64,000 bases of DNA. Origin: Lama guanicoe (lineage: Eukaryota). Position 1 is the first letter of the stretch, and each line of letters begins with the position of its first letter. Under the pieces are notes generated by a model. It saw nothing but the letters and a program-made list of their open reading frames with translations. It did no database searches and had not been told where the DNA came from. The DNA is taken from contig MU053379.1 in the NCBI GenBank assembly GCA_013239625.1, positions 5,394,714 to 5,458,713 of the forward strand, written 5' to 3'. Positions 1-13,126 of the stretch are shown here, one piece after another. The translations under genes were made by a program, and so were the position numbers.

Positions 1-690
1 GGCTCCTACAAATCCAGAGAACAGGCAAGCCCAGAGCAGCAGGGGCTGGAGTGGAAGAGGAAGACTGGGGTAGTGACCAGATACAAACCCTAGGGTTACT
101 GGAATTCTGCCAGTGGCCCCCCACATAAGCTGCCATCTTTTACGTCCATTTTCAGCTTTCACCTGGTGAAGTGGCATGCTAATCAAAGCAAAGGTACTGT
201 GACAAAAGTATGCTGCAAAGTAGTGGATTTGCTCCAAGTAACACGGGGCTCATCTAACATGAACTATTAGAATATGGGGGGGAGGTCCAACTACTTGGCT
301 CTCTGTAAACTCCACCGGCCCAGGAGCTATTTCTTCACTTTACATGGACATCTGGGGCTCTGGTCCCACCACTGCTCCCACAGAGAGAATAAAAGGAGGG
401 TCCTTCTACCACGCAGTGTTCTCGCCCATAGTCCCTCCCTGCTACTCAAGGTCATGCCGCCCACTTATCCAGCAAATACGCTGTGACCGAGATCACTGAA
501 CAGGGCTCACACAATTTCTGACAGAACATTTTTCAAACTCCAAAATAGCAAACAAACATCTCGTAAATATGAATACATAGGAAAAACAATGACTAGATAT
601 ACAAAGACAGCCAGCACTTCACAAAAGGAGACCATGCTGAGACATCAGAGCAAATGTCCTCCTTTTCATAAGAGGGAAGAGTGTATTTTT

Positions 691-1064
691 TTTTAGCTTT
701 TATTTTTTATTTTTTGTAATATATATCACATTTTTAAAACATTTTTTATTGACTTATAATCATTTTACAATGCTGTGTCAAATTCCAGTGTGGAGCACAA
801 TTTTTCAGTTATACATAAACATACATACATTCATTGTCACATTTTTTTCTCTGTGAGCTACCATAAGATCTTGTGCATATTTCCCTGTGCTACACAGTAT
901 AATCTTGTTTATCTATTCTACGATTTTGAAATCGCTCATATGTGGAATCTAAAACAAAAAACAAAAAACAAACAAAGCATAAATACAGAACAGAAACAGA
1001 CTCACAGACATAGAATACAGACTTGTGGTTGCCAGGGGGGCGGGGGGTGGGAAGGGACAGACTG
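691..1064 (-). mobile_element. Young L1 3' end with 5' inversion (twin priming)
   Basis: 691-933 is the minus-strand L1 tail/3'UTR and 931-1064 is the adjacent upstream L1 segment on plus. Imperfect TSD gagggaaga..tattttt at 672-690 and 1065-1081. Confidence 0.85.
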
Positions 1065-1641
1065 GAGGGAAGAATATTTTTAAAAACTCCTATTTGTACT
1101 TTAAATGGAATCTGAGGAAACCTTATTTTATTATTTAAAAGGATGATATATATGTTTTTATTGACATAAATTTGTTAAATTATTCAATTATAAAGGAGGT
1201 AAAAGAGCATTAAAGTAAGATCTTTCATCATATATATATACACACATATACATATATATCATATATAAACATACAATCTAAAAACTTGGCAAGTATTTAT
1301 CAAAATGCTAGCAGTGGCTATTTTATTATCTAAAATTTCTTAGAGCGAACATGTAATATTTTGTAGCAGAAAATAATTTTTTTATTATCAAAAGGGAGAT
1401 TTGTTATGTGAAAATTAAACAACATAAAGTAATGAAAGCTTGCTTTCAAATAAAAACCATAATTACTCAATTAAAATCCCTAAAGTGAGAAGTGAACAGA
1501 AGAACAAATTAATGATTTAAAAAACTGGCTTAAGGAAGTTTACCAGAACTCAAAAAAAAAAAAAAGTGAAAAAAATGACAATAATTATTAAAATGCTAAA
1601 GGATGCAGAGCATGTAACAGGAATTCATAAAAGGAACTTCA

Positions 1642-2264
1642 ACCCAGGAATCCCGCTCCTAGGCATAAATCCAGAAGGAACCCTACTTCAAAAAGACACC
1701 TGCACCCCAATGTTCATAGCAGCACTATTTACAACAGCCAAGACATGGAAACAGCCTAAATGTCCATCAACAGATGACTGGATAAAGAAGATGTGGTATA
1801 TTTATACAATGGAATACTATTCAGCCATAAAACCCGACAACATAACGCCATTTGCAGCAACACGGATGTGCCTGGAGAACGTCATTCTAAGTGAAGTAAG
1901 CCAGAAAGAGAAAGAAAAATACAATTTTGAGATCGCTTATATGTGGAATCTAAAAAAAAACACGACAACATACAAAACAGAAACAGACTCATAGACACAG
2001 AATAGAAACTTGTGGTTGCCAAGGGGGAAGGGACAGACTGGGAATTCAAAATGTAGAACAGATAAACAAGATTGTACTGTATAGCACAGGGAACTATATA
2101 CAAGATCTAGTGGTAGCTCACAGCGAAAACAAATGTGACAATGAATGTATATATGTTCATGTATAACTGAAAAATTGCTCTACACTGGAATTTGACACAA
2201 CATTGTAAAATGACTATAACTCAATAAAAAAATGTTAAAAAAAAAGGATACTGAATAGAAAAAA
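1642..2264 (+). mobile_element. 5'-truncated young L1 (ORF2 C-terminus + 3'UTR + polyA)
   Basis: Encodes CTPMFIAALFTTAKTWKQPKCPS. TSD aaaaggaa(c/t)ttca at 1629-1641 and 2265-2277. Confidence 0.92.
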
Positions 2265-2295
2265 AAAAGGAATTTCAGAAACAAAATTCAGAACA

Positions 2296-2771
2296 CAGGC
2301 ATTCCTTGGAGATACTGCAGGTTCAATTTCTGGACCACCACAAAAAAGAGACTATTGCAATAAGCGAGTCACGTGAAATTTTTTTGTTCCCCAGTGCATA
2401 TAAAGATTATATTACACTGTAGTCTATTAAGTGTGCAATAACATTATGTCTATAAAAGAATATACATATTTTAATTAAAAAATACTTTATTGCTAGAAAA
2501 TGCTAACCATCATCTGAGCCTTCAGCAAGTTGTAATCTTTTTGCAATAGTAATGTCAAAGATGGCTGATCACAGATAACTGTAACAAATATAATAATAAT
2601 GAAAAAGTTTGAAATATTGCAAAAAGTGCCAAAATGTGAGGAAATGCTGTTGGGAAGATGGTGCTGACAGATTAGCTCTAAGCAGGGCTGCCGCAGACTT
2701 GCAATTTGTGAAGTAAATAAGGTACCTGCAAAGCACACGGAAGCACAGCACCAAGCAACCGGGTGGGCCCG
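2296..2771 (-). mobile_element. Internally deleted Tigger1-type (TcMar-Tigger) DNA transposon
   Basis: Starts caggcattccttggagatactgcaggttc (Tigger1-like end); the other end matches the reverse complement of the Tigger1 5' region (recalled). Confidence 0.8.
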
Positions 2772-2774
2772 AAT

Positions 2775-5700
2775 TCAGCAGGAAAGAAGTGGCTCGAGTG
2801 GCCCCAGGAGAAGATCCCCCAGGCAACAGAGAAAGTGGCAGAAGTCAGTGCGAACGTGCGGCCGGGCCAGCCGCACCCTGCGGAGCCTTTACTCAAAGTG
2901 GCTGAGTAGTTTGCTCTGCATTACGGCCATTTCTCTAGACTCCACAGTCCACCAGTAGTTCCACGACCTGCTTCCCTTCAAGGAAGACTCAAGCCTGCAG
3001 GTGGAAAAGCCCCACCAAGTGCCAGATGGCATTAATGCAGGCAGCCTAAGAGCTCGAGGCCTAAGAGCAGAAGGTGGCAGTGACAGGAGGTAAAACCCAT
3101 GCTAACCACCGGAAGTTACAGTGAGTGGGGCCACTGCACTTCCAGCCCTCGATTCCTGGCTCCTGGCTATGGCAGAAACAGCACCATATACTGGACACTA
3201 ATTTGGAGCAAGTAACACCCCCGTGGAGAACAGCACCCTAGCCCTGCGAGGCACTGCCACCCAGCCGGCACTGCAACTGAGTCTCCAGAAGGCCACTCCA
3301 CTGCTCTGCCCGGCCAGCGGCCTCGGGGTTATGAGGAAGACGTGAAGGCCAGTGAACTGCATGATCATGATCCCCTCAAAGTGAGCTCCTTGATCAGAAA
3401 CAAGGCTGTGTGGACGACCATGATGGTGGAGAAGGCATCCTGCAGGCCCGCAGATGGCAGCTTTGGTAGAACCCAGTGTCTACTTCAGGGTAAGAAGAGC
3501 GCTGTTCCTTCTATGACAGAAGCAATCCAGTGTGATCAACCCACCCAAAGGTGCCAGACTGGGGTCTCAGTCTTGGGTCTGCTGCTGGCGGATGGGGCTC
3601 TCGACAGCGGCCGCAGGAAGGTCGGCCTGGGAAGTGGAAGTCCACGTCGAGGAGCCCATGCACAGCCAGCGTATCTCTCTGTTCATAAACCCACTGGGTG
3701 ACAAAGGGGGTGGCAGGGAAAGAGGCTGACCAGTAGCCACAGGATAGGTCATCCTAGCCACGTGATTACTAACACCTCTTCTTAAATCATCCTCTGATGA
3801 GCATTCACAAAGGACACAAATGTCTTCACATTTTTTGCCCTTTCAGAGAGGTCTATACACATTATGTCTCCCAGATCTCCCTGTGATCAATTTTCCAATC
3901 ACGTTCTTTCCAAGTCCCTGACCATCCTGCTTAACAACTGACTACAGCCCATGAATGAGTAAAGATTTGAACCTCTGGCCATTTCTCCTTCCAAGAAAAA
4001 TGAGCAACCAAGTGCTCTGTTCAACGTTCTACCACCGGGCAGGATTTCCCTTCACCACTGTCCTTCGGGAATGTTCCCCAAAAAGGGGCTGCAGTGAAGC
4101 TGCCGTCCGCTTTCAGGTGGTGCCTGCTTATCAAGCAGAACCACCTGTCAGCCAGGCCCCAGTTTTCTCTTCCTCAGTCAACTGATCATAGGGAACTCGT
4201 CATGAGGCCGCAGGTGCAGGCTGGGAAAGAGAAGGTAACGCAGGAGGAGAAGGGACCCCGGGCATTTTGCCCACTTTATGTCATGACCTTGCACCCTCAG
4301 AGCCTGCTCAAGCCCAACCGTGTACACACCACTTCCATTTGATGGTGGGGTGCGGCTGTGCACGCCCAACTTTCTGGTTCTACAGCCCATGGGTAAGTGT
4401 TCAGTCTCTACTAAGGCCCAGTAGCAGGTCAAAAGCTGTTTCTCAAAAGGAGAGCAGTTATACAGAGACTGGCAAGACTTTGCTCCAAAATCCCATGGCC
4501 TGTGCTGCGATTTATCTATAAGGGCCTGACAAAGGCTCCAGACAGCGACCCTGTCTTCCACTGGCACTGCATCTACTGGATCCCAAGGCCCAAGGGGCAG
4601 AGCAGCTGGGCGGCGGCCTGGCCCTGTGGCACAGCTTTCTCCTGTTCTCAGCCCCAGTCAGAACTAGCAGCCTTTGAGTCTCCTGGTAGGTGGGCCAGAG
4701 CAGCACACCCAAATGAGGAACGTGTTGCCTCCAAAATCCAGAGGACCACTAGGCATTCTGCTCCTTTGGCTCTGGAAGGCATCAGGTGCAACATCTTATC
4801 CTTCACCCTAGGAAGGGTTATTCTGACATGCCCCACACTGCTGGACCTCTAGAAGTTTCACTGAAGAGGAGGCCGCTGAATTCTCACTGGATTCATTTCC
4901 CACCCTCTCACGCACAAATGACTTACCTGTAAGTCTAGTTAGCTGCTACTTCCTGCTCACTAGGTTCAATCAGCACAATGTCATCAATATAATGGACCAC
5001 TGTGATGTATTAGGTAATTCAAAAGGTGACCAAGATCCCTGTGAACTATGACACAGGGCTGGAGAGTTGACCTTTCCCTGAGGCAGGACAGTGAAGGTGT
5101 ATCGCTGACCTTGCCAGCTGAAAGCAAACTGTTTCCGGTGGTCTCCACTAACAGGTATGGAGAGAAAGCGTTTGCCAGATTATTAGGTACACACCACGTA
5201 CCAGGGCATGTGTAATTTTCTAAAGCAGTAAAATCACATCTGGTACAGCAGCTGCAACTCAAGTCACCATCTGCTTAAGCTTATAATAATTGACTATCAT
5301 TCTCTAAGGTCCACCTATTTTCTGCACAGGTCAAACAGGTGAGTGGGGGGGAATCACCACCTCTGTCTCTTTTAACTCCTTGACGGTGGCACTATTCTCT
5401 GAATTCTCTCCAAGAATGCAGGATTGCTTTTAACTTACTATTTTCTTAGGTAGAAGCAGATCTAGTGGCTTCCATTTGACCTCTTCTGTTGTATTAGCCC
5501 TCCTCCACAGGTCAGGGAACCAATGCAGGGATTCTGCCAGCTGTGGAGTGTATCTATTCCAGTAATGCATTCCAGAACTGGGGAAGTAACCACAGTGGGT
5601 CAGCACCCAGTGGACCCACTGTGAAGTGGACCTGAGCTAAAACTTCATTAACTATGTAACTTCTATAAGCACCACTCTAACTGGCAGACCACAGTGACGC

Positions 5701-6379
5701 CCTAGGTCTCCTGCAATCGCTGTCAGATTCTTGCCACTGTCAGCAGCACTGGCGAAGAAGACACCTCAGCGTTTAGGGGTTTGTTGTGTGTACCTTCACC
5801 AGGATCTTCCCCTGTGTTTCTGTTCGTTTTCAGGATCGCATTCTTTCTCAGTCAATGCCCTCATTTTAACAGCAAACACCATGCAAGGTCGGGAACTCAA
5901 TTTGCATTGTGTTTTAGCCATTTGCAGGATGAGACTGGGGTTAGGTTTTCAGAGGTCCTGGCTCCATGGCTCTAGGAGACAAGGGTTTACTTCAGGGCAG
6001 ACATAAAAACTTTCAGGACATTTGCATGGTGCTTGGGTTGGAAATCTGAATCCCTGGGATGATAATTTTCTTTTCCCATTTGTCCAGCACAACTAGGAGC
6101 AACCAGCCAATCTCATTACACTTGTTAGTTTGACAAAAGTAATCTCAGGTAGCTTATACATAGTTACCCAGAACCTTGCCTTTATGTAAGTATTTGAATA
6201 GGAACACCCACCAGTGAGAGTTTGTGGATCTCTACTGCCGTGTCACGCCACGAATTACGTGCTCTCCTTACTGCTAGAAAGAGTCATTAACACTTTAAAT
6301 TCTGTCAGATTGGGGAACCAATTCATGAAACTCATCTCTAAGATTCCATTCCTCTAGAACCACTTGTGGTACCAAAGTT
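2775..6379 (-). mobile_element. ERVL internal region (degraded gag/pol), 3' end missing
   Basis: Minus-strand translation includes SPFEKQLLTCYWALVETEHL (ERVL pol). tttggtaccacaagtggttctagagg directly follows the LTR. Confidence 0.85.
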
Positions 6380-6771
6380 TGTATTAGTCAGTGCTCTTAG
6401 AGAAACAGAACCAGTAAGCTGTGCACATACATGCACTGGAAGAGATTTATTGTAAGGGATGGGCTCACACCACCATGCGGCTGGCAGTCTGCTATCTGCA
6501 GGGCAGGCTGCCAGGCTGAAGATTCAGAGAAGAGCTGATGCTGCAGTCTGGAGGCAGAATGGCTTCTTCCTTGGGGAATCTGAATTTTTTTCTCTTAAAT
6601 CGATTAAATGACACTCATGCATATTACAGGGGAGAATCTGATTTACTCAGTCTACTGGTTAAATGTTAATCACATCTAAAAATACCTCTGCAACAACATC
6701 TAGACTGATGTTTGACCAAATCCCTGGGTACTGCGGCCTAGCCAAGTCAACGCATACAATTAATCACCACA
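6380..6771 (-). mobile_element. MLT2-type 5' LTR of the ERVL
   Basis: TG...CA ends on minus (tgtggtgattaat...ctaataca) and the MLT2-like agagaaacagaacca motif. Confidence 0.85.
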
Positions 6772-6779
6772 CTAGCTAA

Positions 6780-7400
6780 AAATTTTTGTAGATGATCTAA
6801 AGGAGCAAAGTCTTTCTTGAAATTTTACTTAATTCCCTAGAAGGCCAAATGAAAGACAGAGTAAGAATAAAAACTAGAGAGAGAAAGGTAAACACATGCA
6901 AAAACTACAAAAAGGCAGAAGTAAAGAAACAGAGGAAGAGGAAAGCCTTCGAAGACAGATGAGGAGACCACCCCCTGCACCACAGGGGCTCCAGAAAAAG
7001 GGAAAGAGTGGACTGAGGATGAGCAAGGACCCAGTAAGGGAAGACACTGACCTGCGGCTAAAGGAAGGCTGGCTCTGCAGACTGAACAGTTCCATGAGTT
7101 GTAGGTAAGACTGATAAAGTGAAACACATCTGGTAACATTCCTGAATTTCAGGGAAAAATTAAATGCGAGAAGGTTTCAGAATGAAAAGAGTGTTTCTTA
7201 TAGAAGAGTAAGAATAAGATTATCATTATATTTCTCATCTAAAACACTGGAAGCTGGAGAACAGTGAGGTTTAACATCCAGAGAAAACTAAGAGATAAAT
7301 CCCGTAAACCTAAAATCAACAAAGATATTCATTTATCAGGATAAAAAAAAAAGGAGAGCTAGCTGCAGACAGGCAGAGTTTGAGACTTCATTAACGACTT
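6780..7400 (+). mobile_element. Ancient L1/HAL1 ORF1-like relic (continuation of ~1400-1628)
   Basis: A-rich, with degenerate ORF1 C-terminal motifs (ttctcatctaaaacactggaagctggagaacagtg). Confidence 0.45.
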
Positions 7401-7599
7401 AGCCCATCTCTAATGAAACAACTAATTGATCAGAACTAAGGGAAGACAGAAAAGGAAACAGCAAAACACAGCTGTGTATCTGTATAAAGAATGACTGAAT
7501 CTACCATTTAAGTGCGAAACATGGTTTCTTGAAACAGAAAATAACGCGCAGCACAGAAAACCCGTTTGTGGTCTAAACAAGAATTAACATAGAGAAACA

Positions 7600-8860
7600 C
7601 CACTGCAGAGTGCTTAAGCCGAAGTCTGAGTCCCAGGTCTGTCTCCTAGTAGCAGTGCAGAAAAGTAATCAATTTCTCTTAGCCTTTTCGAGAAACAAAG
7701 ATTCTGAGCACCAGCATCACAGGACTGTGGTGAGGGTTACAGGAGTCGCAACCTGTGAAGGACTCAGATCAGTGCGGGGCACATCTAAGCGTATTACTCC
7801 TCCTCCTCCTGGTGGTGGTAGTAACAGAAACACACAGAGGCCTCACTGATGTACTGAGCTTTGTTGACTCTCTCTCCCTGAGCCAGCTGATGTTTTTCCA
7901 GCTATCTACACTACAATGGGAAAGTGTACAAAGTATAAAAAGTATAATATAGCTTTGTGCTCACAAACCATCTTTTTAACAGGGTATTGAGGTATAACTG
8001 TCATGCGTGTGCACCCATGAAAGCATCACTACAGTACAGATAACTGAGCATCTCCATCACTGCTCAGATGTTCACACCCCGCCCCTCTGCAATCTGTCTG
8101 TCTCGCACCACTCCTGCCCTCAAGGCAACCACTAATCAACTTCATGTCAATCTAAATTAGTTGAATCTTCTAGAATTTTACATAAATGGAATGACACAGC
8201 GCACCCGTTTGCTAGGGCTGCCATGACAGAACACCGCAGGCTGAGCGGCTTAAACAGAAACTTATTTTCACAGTTCTGGACACTAGGAGCCCAAGATCAA
8301 GGTGTCAGCAGGGTTCACTTCTTCTAAGGCCTCTCTCCTTGGCGTGTAGCTGACCACGCTCTTGTGTCCTCACACAGCCTCACATTCCCTCTCTGCCCAA
8401 GCATCCCTGGCTTTTGACACCACTTTTTTTGGTATATGAACATGCAATTGTCCAGTAATGTTTGTTGAAAGATTATCCTTTCCTTACTGATTTGTATCCT
8501 TAAATTCAGATACTATTATCTGCTCTGCCCTCCTCATGTGACTGCAGAAAGAACTCAATGACATACGTGTAAACTTGCTCTGAAAAGTGGAAAATGGCTA
8601 GAAATCTAAGTCACTGTCTTTGTTAGTTCTGAGTAAACCCTGACCCAGACAGTAACGGAGAAGGTACTGGGCTGAGAGTCAGAGCAGCTGGCATGTGCTA
8701 TGGCCCTGCTCTTTTCCTAGCTTTTAAAATATCTTTCAGCCTCAGAGCTAGGAAAAATAGTATCTGACAGGTCTGCTTCAGAGGGAGTTTATGAAGCTTA
8801 TGTAAGAATTCACATTTTAAAATGCCTTGTGAAGTGTAAGGTGCTGCAGAAATGCAAGAC
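7600..8860. repeat. Cluster of MIR, old L1 3' fragment (-, ~7975-8200) and MLT1 LTR fragment (~8205-8410)
   Basis: MIR core-like motifs; ggcaaccactaatc (L1M 3'UTR); gctgccatgacagaacaccgcaggctgagcggcttaaac (MLT1 end). Confidence 0.65.
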
Positions 8861-8897
8861 ACTGTCTTCACACCTGAAAACTCCCTGGACTACATGA

Positions 8898-9907
8898 TGA
8901 GGTCCGTTCTTGCTTTACGCGGTAGGACAGAGCTGTCACGTGGCTGTGTACGCTGAAGCTGTGCAAAAAGATCTTCATAATCACAGTTGGACAAACTGAT
9001 TGTTCCATACCCGTGACATTTTTTCTCAAAACATTAGAAACTCCATTTCACTGTTAGTTATAAACATATAGGAAAGTGAAAAAGAGCAAGACTAATATTG
9101 ATGTAGAACATTGCAATTTAAAACATTAGAAACACTGAGAATTAGGACATTTAACTTACTAAAAATTTATCAAGAGTAGTTTCAACAGTGCGTGCCTCTG
9201 CTTTCCATAACATAACTCACAACATGGAGTGAGCTCTTTTCTGTGCCTAGGTGAACTTCTGGACTCCCTTCCAAGTTTGGATCAGTTTCCAACACTTTGT
9301 CCTTTGCACTTATGCTGCTGTGGAGCAGCTCCAAGAGTTTCTTTAACGTGAAGTGCTTTTTTGCCAGCATCACTTCCACCAGGACACCTTCATCCTTTCT
9401 GCCACAAACTCTTCCCTCATTTATGTTGACAAATTCCCCTTCAGCAGGTTATTCTGGCTTCACCTCTGGGGCCTCTTCAATGGTGGCAGCCCAACATCTT
9501 CTTCTACACCCTATTGCTGTTCTATTAGAATTTCACCCCCAGTGCTATCACTTTTCCTTTCTTTGCTGCAATTCTATCTTCATTGGCCAGCTCTCTCTTC
9601 TGATCGTCTATTTTTGAGAAGTGTTATGTGGGCTTATCACTGAGAGGCAAGGAGGCAACACAGCCACGTGCTCTGCTGACTGCGCACGAGCTGACTAACA
9701 GGCACGCACGAGGCACATCTGTGGTTTACGTAGTGATCTGTGGACTGAAGGGCCGGAAGTGAAGTTTGCACTTTACACAGGTACTCACAGAATACAGCCT
9801 GGGTGCAGAAATTTGAGTAGTGTCACCGAGGGACTGGTGTTTCTTAATTAGACACAGCAACTGAAATGTATGCATACTGGAGCCAGGCAAACTGAGGACT
9901 CCTGTAC
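8898..9907. mobile_element. Tigger-family element (Tigger13a-like) with transposase remnant
   Basis: Degenerate TIR ending gaggactcctg-ta. Minus ORF 9182-9379 (FTLKKLLELLH..AKDKVLETDPNLE) resembles a Tigger transposase C-terminus. Confidence 0.65.
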
Positions 9908-10156
9908 TTACAGTGCCCTGAGATGCGTGAATTCTCTCATTTAGTTTTCTCAACATTTGAAGAGGAGAGAAAACTAATTATTGCTCTGGCTTTCTCAGTG
10001 TGATTCTTCAGAAACCTTGACTATAAATTCAAGAAATGTGTGGTGAAGAAATCAAAGAAATATACTACAACTGTCACTTAAGTGTGCTCATTTTAGATTA
10101 AATTACACTGTGGCATGAGGTAGGAAAATCAGTGGACTTTAAAACAGAACTTGGTT

Positions 10157-11173
10157 CACTGTTTGGGGAAAACGTCCCAGGAACTTGTCTGGAAACCCGG
10201 GAATGTCTGAGGACAGCGCTAACCATCCTGCCTGTGGTCTGCTGTTCTCACCTGCAGACCCTGGATCTGAGCTGCGACGTTTCCCACCTCCCCCTGGCCC
10301 TGCTTCAGGCTGGTCTCTACAATCCCTGATGGCAAAAGCCAGCTCCTTAGTACCTGTTGCTACCTTTCTGAATTCAGTGGCTTCTGTGTACTGGCAGACT
10401 CCTTAGTTTGTCTGCAAGTTGAGGGGAGGCTGTCAGCTCTGTCCTGAATGGGCTTTTCTTCAAACTGCAGGGCTTGTCCCTACACTTGCGTGCTCAATGT
10501 AAAGATACGTAGTTATACTACCTCCTAGTTAGTTTTCCAGTTGTTGGATATACTGTGTAGTGTATAACTCGGATCCTTAAGGCTGTCCATTTATCTCTAT
10601 TTCAAAAATCTGAAGTCGGCTTGCATATACTGAGCTCAATGTGTGAAATTTAAATGTAAATACATTAGCATGCCTGTGTTTGTGGATTTGCATTCCCAGT
10701 GACTGACCTCCTCAGTGACTCAGTGGGTCAGCTGACATAAGCAGGGGGTCCTCGTGTGGGGGCGGGGGCCAGTGGGCAGCATTCTGTGCCTCTCAACGTT
10801 TGCTTTTCGCTGGCCTCTAAGCAGGACAGGAAAGCTTGTTTCCCTTTGGCTATCGGGACCTTTACCAGGATCAGCTAAAGGCACGGGTTTGGGTTTAGGA
10901 AAATAAGGCCTTGAGTTGCCTGCCTTTATGGGGCCGTCGCCTAACTCACTGCGTTTGCAGCGGTTCTTTTCCAGGTTCTGTTGGATAAGCCTTTGGGGCA
11001 TAAGCCCTTTTGTGCTCCAGGAGGGCTTTCCTTACAGTTGCATTTGGGCGTGCTGCTTGTGTGCTCAGAATTAAAAAGGTTTTGCTATTTTGCATCAGTA
11101 TTGGCCTTTTTTCCTCCAGCCCTGCTAACTGATCCCTTTTAATAAACTGAATGTTTGGTTAAAAAAAAAAAAA
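10157..11173 (+). pseudogene. Processed retrocopy of an unidentified mRNA 3' end (or orphan transduction)
   Basis: AATAAA 11141-11146, A13 11161-11173, TSD agaacttggtt at 10146-10156 and 11181-11191, ttt/aaaa endonuclease site on the left. Confidence 0.8.
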
Positions 11174-11749
11174 GAACTAAAGAACTTGGTTGAATGACAG
11201 TTGATTTTCTTTTAAGGGAAAAGCAAAAAATTTTACATTTTTTTTTAGTTTTAATCATTTAACTACTTTTTCATATCTTGACATCTTTTTAGTTGTCACT
11301 CTTCTTGTACCTGAATAAAGAGTTCACACAAGATCAAATGTTAAACGTACCCCACATCCTAAAACAAGTTTCTCAAAATCCTGACAGTCTCATTTTAAAG
11401 GCCTGTTTACATTCAGTCTCCCTGAGGACTAACTGCACATGCAGACACAGGAATTATATGATTGGGGCCTTTTATGTAACTGGCCTCTTGGAGTGACAGC
11501 AAATTGTTGGTATTATCTCTTAAAATGTCTAATAATGGTTTATCACCCTGATTTCAGAAATACTCATCAATGTACTTCTGCACACTCTCCCACAAAAAGA
11601 TAGAAGAATAAATTATTCTAACTATCCCGGGAAGGTAGTGTTACTTTTATAAACATAAAGTTATTTCAGATCTGAATGAACCAACAAACATGAAGGTATT
11701 TATCCAATGACGGCAGTCACTGTATTCTACTCTGATTTTCATGACAACC

Positions 11750-12490
11750 ACCTCAACAGGAGAAACAGCAACGTGAACAGATAATTTAAATACAGCTTGG
11801 TAAGTGGGGGAGGGTAGTCACAAGATGGCATGGGACTGTTAGAGAAGCACCAGAGCCAGCTTTGTGGGAAACAAGGACAGTCTGGTCAGGCTAGCTCTGA
11901 AAGACAGCAGGAACCACCTCAGCAAAGGAGGGAGGACGGACGGTTCTTGCAAGAACCACAGACTCAAAGGCCTGGAGACAAGAGACAGAGAACGATGAGT
12001 TCCGGAAACCAGAAGTTGTTCTGTGGGAGAGCCGAGGCTAGAGAGGTAAAATTTATGCCATGCTAAAGAACTTGGCCATGACAGTATCAGAGCACCAAAG
12101 AAGCACTTTCAAGGGACAGTAATGTTCTGATTCACGTTGTAGGGACATCATTTCAGCAGCTGCCATGAGCAGATGGGAGTGGAGGCCGTGAAGAACACAG
12201 AGACCAGCTGAGAGACGAACAGGCTCGACTCAAGTCAGCAGCAGTGGGAATTAAGAGATGGGGAGGATGCTAGAGGCACTAAGGAGGTGGAATCAAAAGG
12301 ACTTTGTGACCACTTTGGATACTGCAGGTGACTCAGGGTTTTCTGGATGGACAGATAAGTGGTTATACTAAATAAAATACAGAATAAAGGAGGAAGGTCA
12401 TGTTGTAGGAAGAAAAATGGTTATTTAATTTGGAAAAACTTTGACTTTGAAAGGAACGTGAGGCATATAATGAGACTTCCTGCCTCAGAT
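11750..12490 (-). repeat. Degraded L2
   Basis: Purine-rich antisense L2-like motifs (ggaggtggaatcaaaaggactttgtgacc). Confidence 0.55.
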
Positions 12491-13035
12491 TAAAACTATG
12501 TTGTTTTGTGTCTGCTTGTTGGATGGTCTGAGACTGGTAACTCTGTACCTGGGCGGGGAGGCAGCGACACTGGCTTCCCCCGCACAGGGAAGCAATGTGT
12601 AACCCTCTGGCAACAACCAAAGGGCAGCCTCCTGTTAGAGGGGAGACTGACAGCTTTATTGTCCAGGACAAAGGGTACAAATAGCCCCACTGTATTTGTG
12701 TGTCTGAACAAAAAAACGGCCAGGAAACGTCTCAGATGGTTAGACATTATGTTTTAGATGGTTCACGGTCTGAGGAGTAGCAATACTTAAGCACAAGGTT
12801 GCAGGACTTGTGTAATAACCCTGTGACGGTGACTGGGAGATTCACCTGGGACAGAAGACTTGATCCTCACCCTTTTCTAGTACACCCAAAATGGGCCCAG
12901 GCCACCCACTGCCAGCTGCCAGAGCTCTCCATCACGGTCACTGGTCAGAATGCCTAATACTGAAAGCCACACAACCCACTTTTTATCTTTTCCCAAACGT
13001 AAATAGGAAGATATTTTAAACCACCTTTTGCTTAC

Positions 13036-13126
13036 ATGGAAGAATATCTTGATATCTGTTTTTGTGTCTGTTGTGTAGTTCATTCCCAGAGTTGAACACA
13101 GCAGGCAGATTCTTAGATCTCAAAGC
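13036..13126 (-). CDS. PTPN20: PTPN20 coding exon, start of the PTP domain (ALRSKNLPAVFNSGNELHNRHKNRYQDILP)
   Basis: cttttaaag| acceptor, CAT|gtaagc donor, 91 nt, phase 0->1. Contains classical PTP motif 1 (KNRYxDILP). The next exon (YDSTRV...) was not seen in 1-13035. Confidence 0.95.

Noticed and set aside
1..13035. Next PTPN20 exon (YDSTRVPLG...) and catalytic motifs
   Set aside because: Not found by reading; presumably beyond the left edge, so this is not evidence of pseudogenisation.
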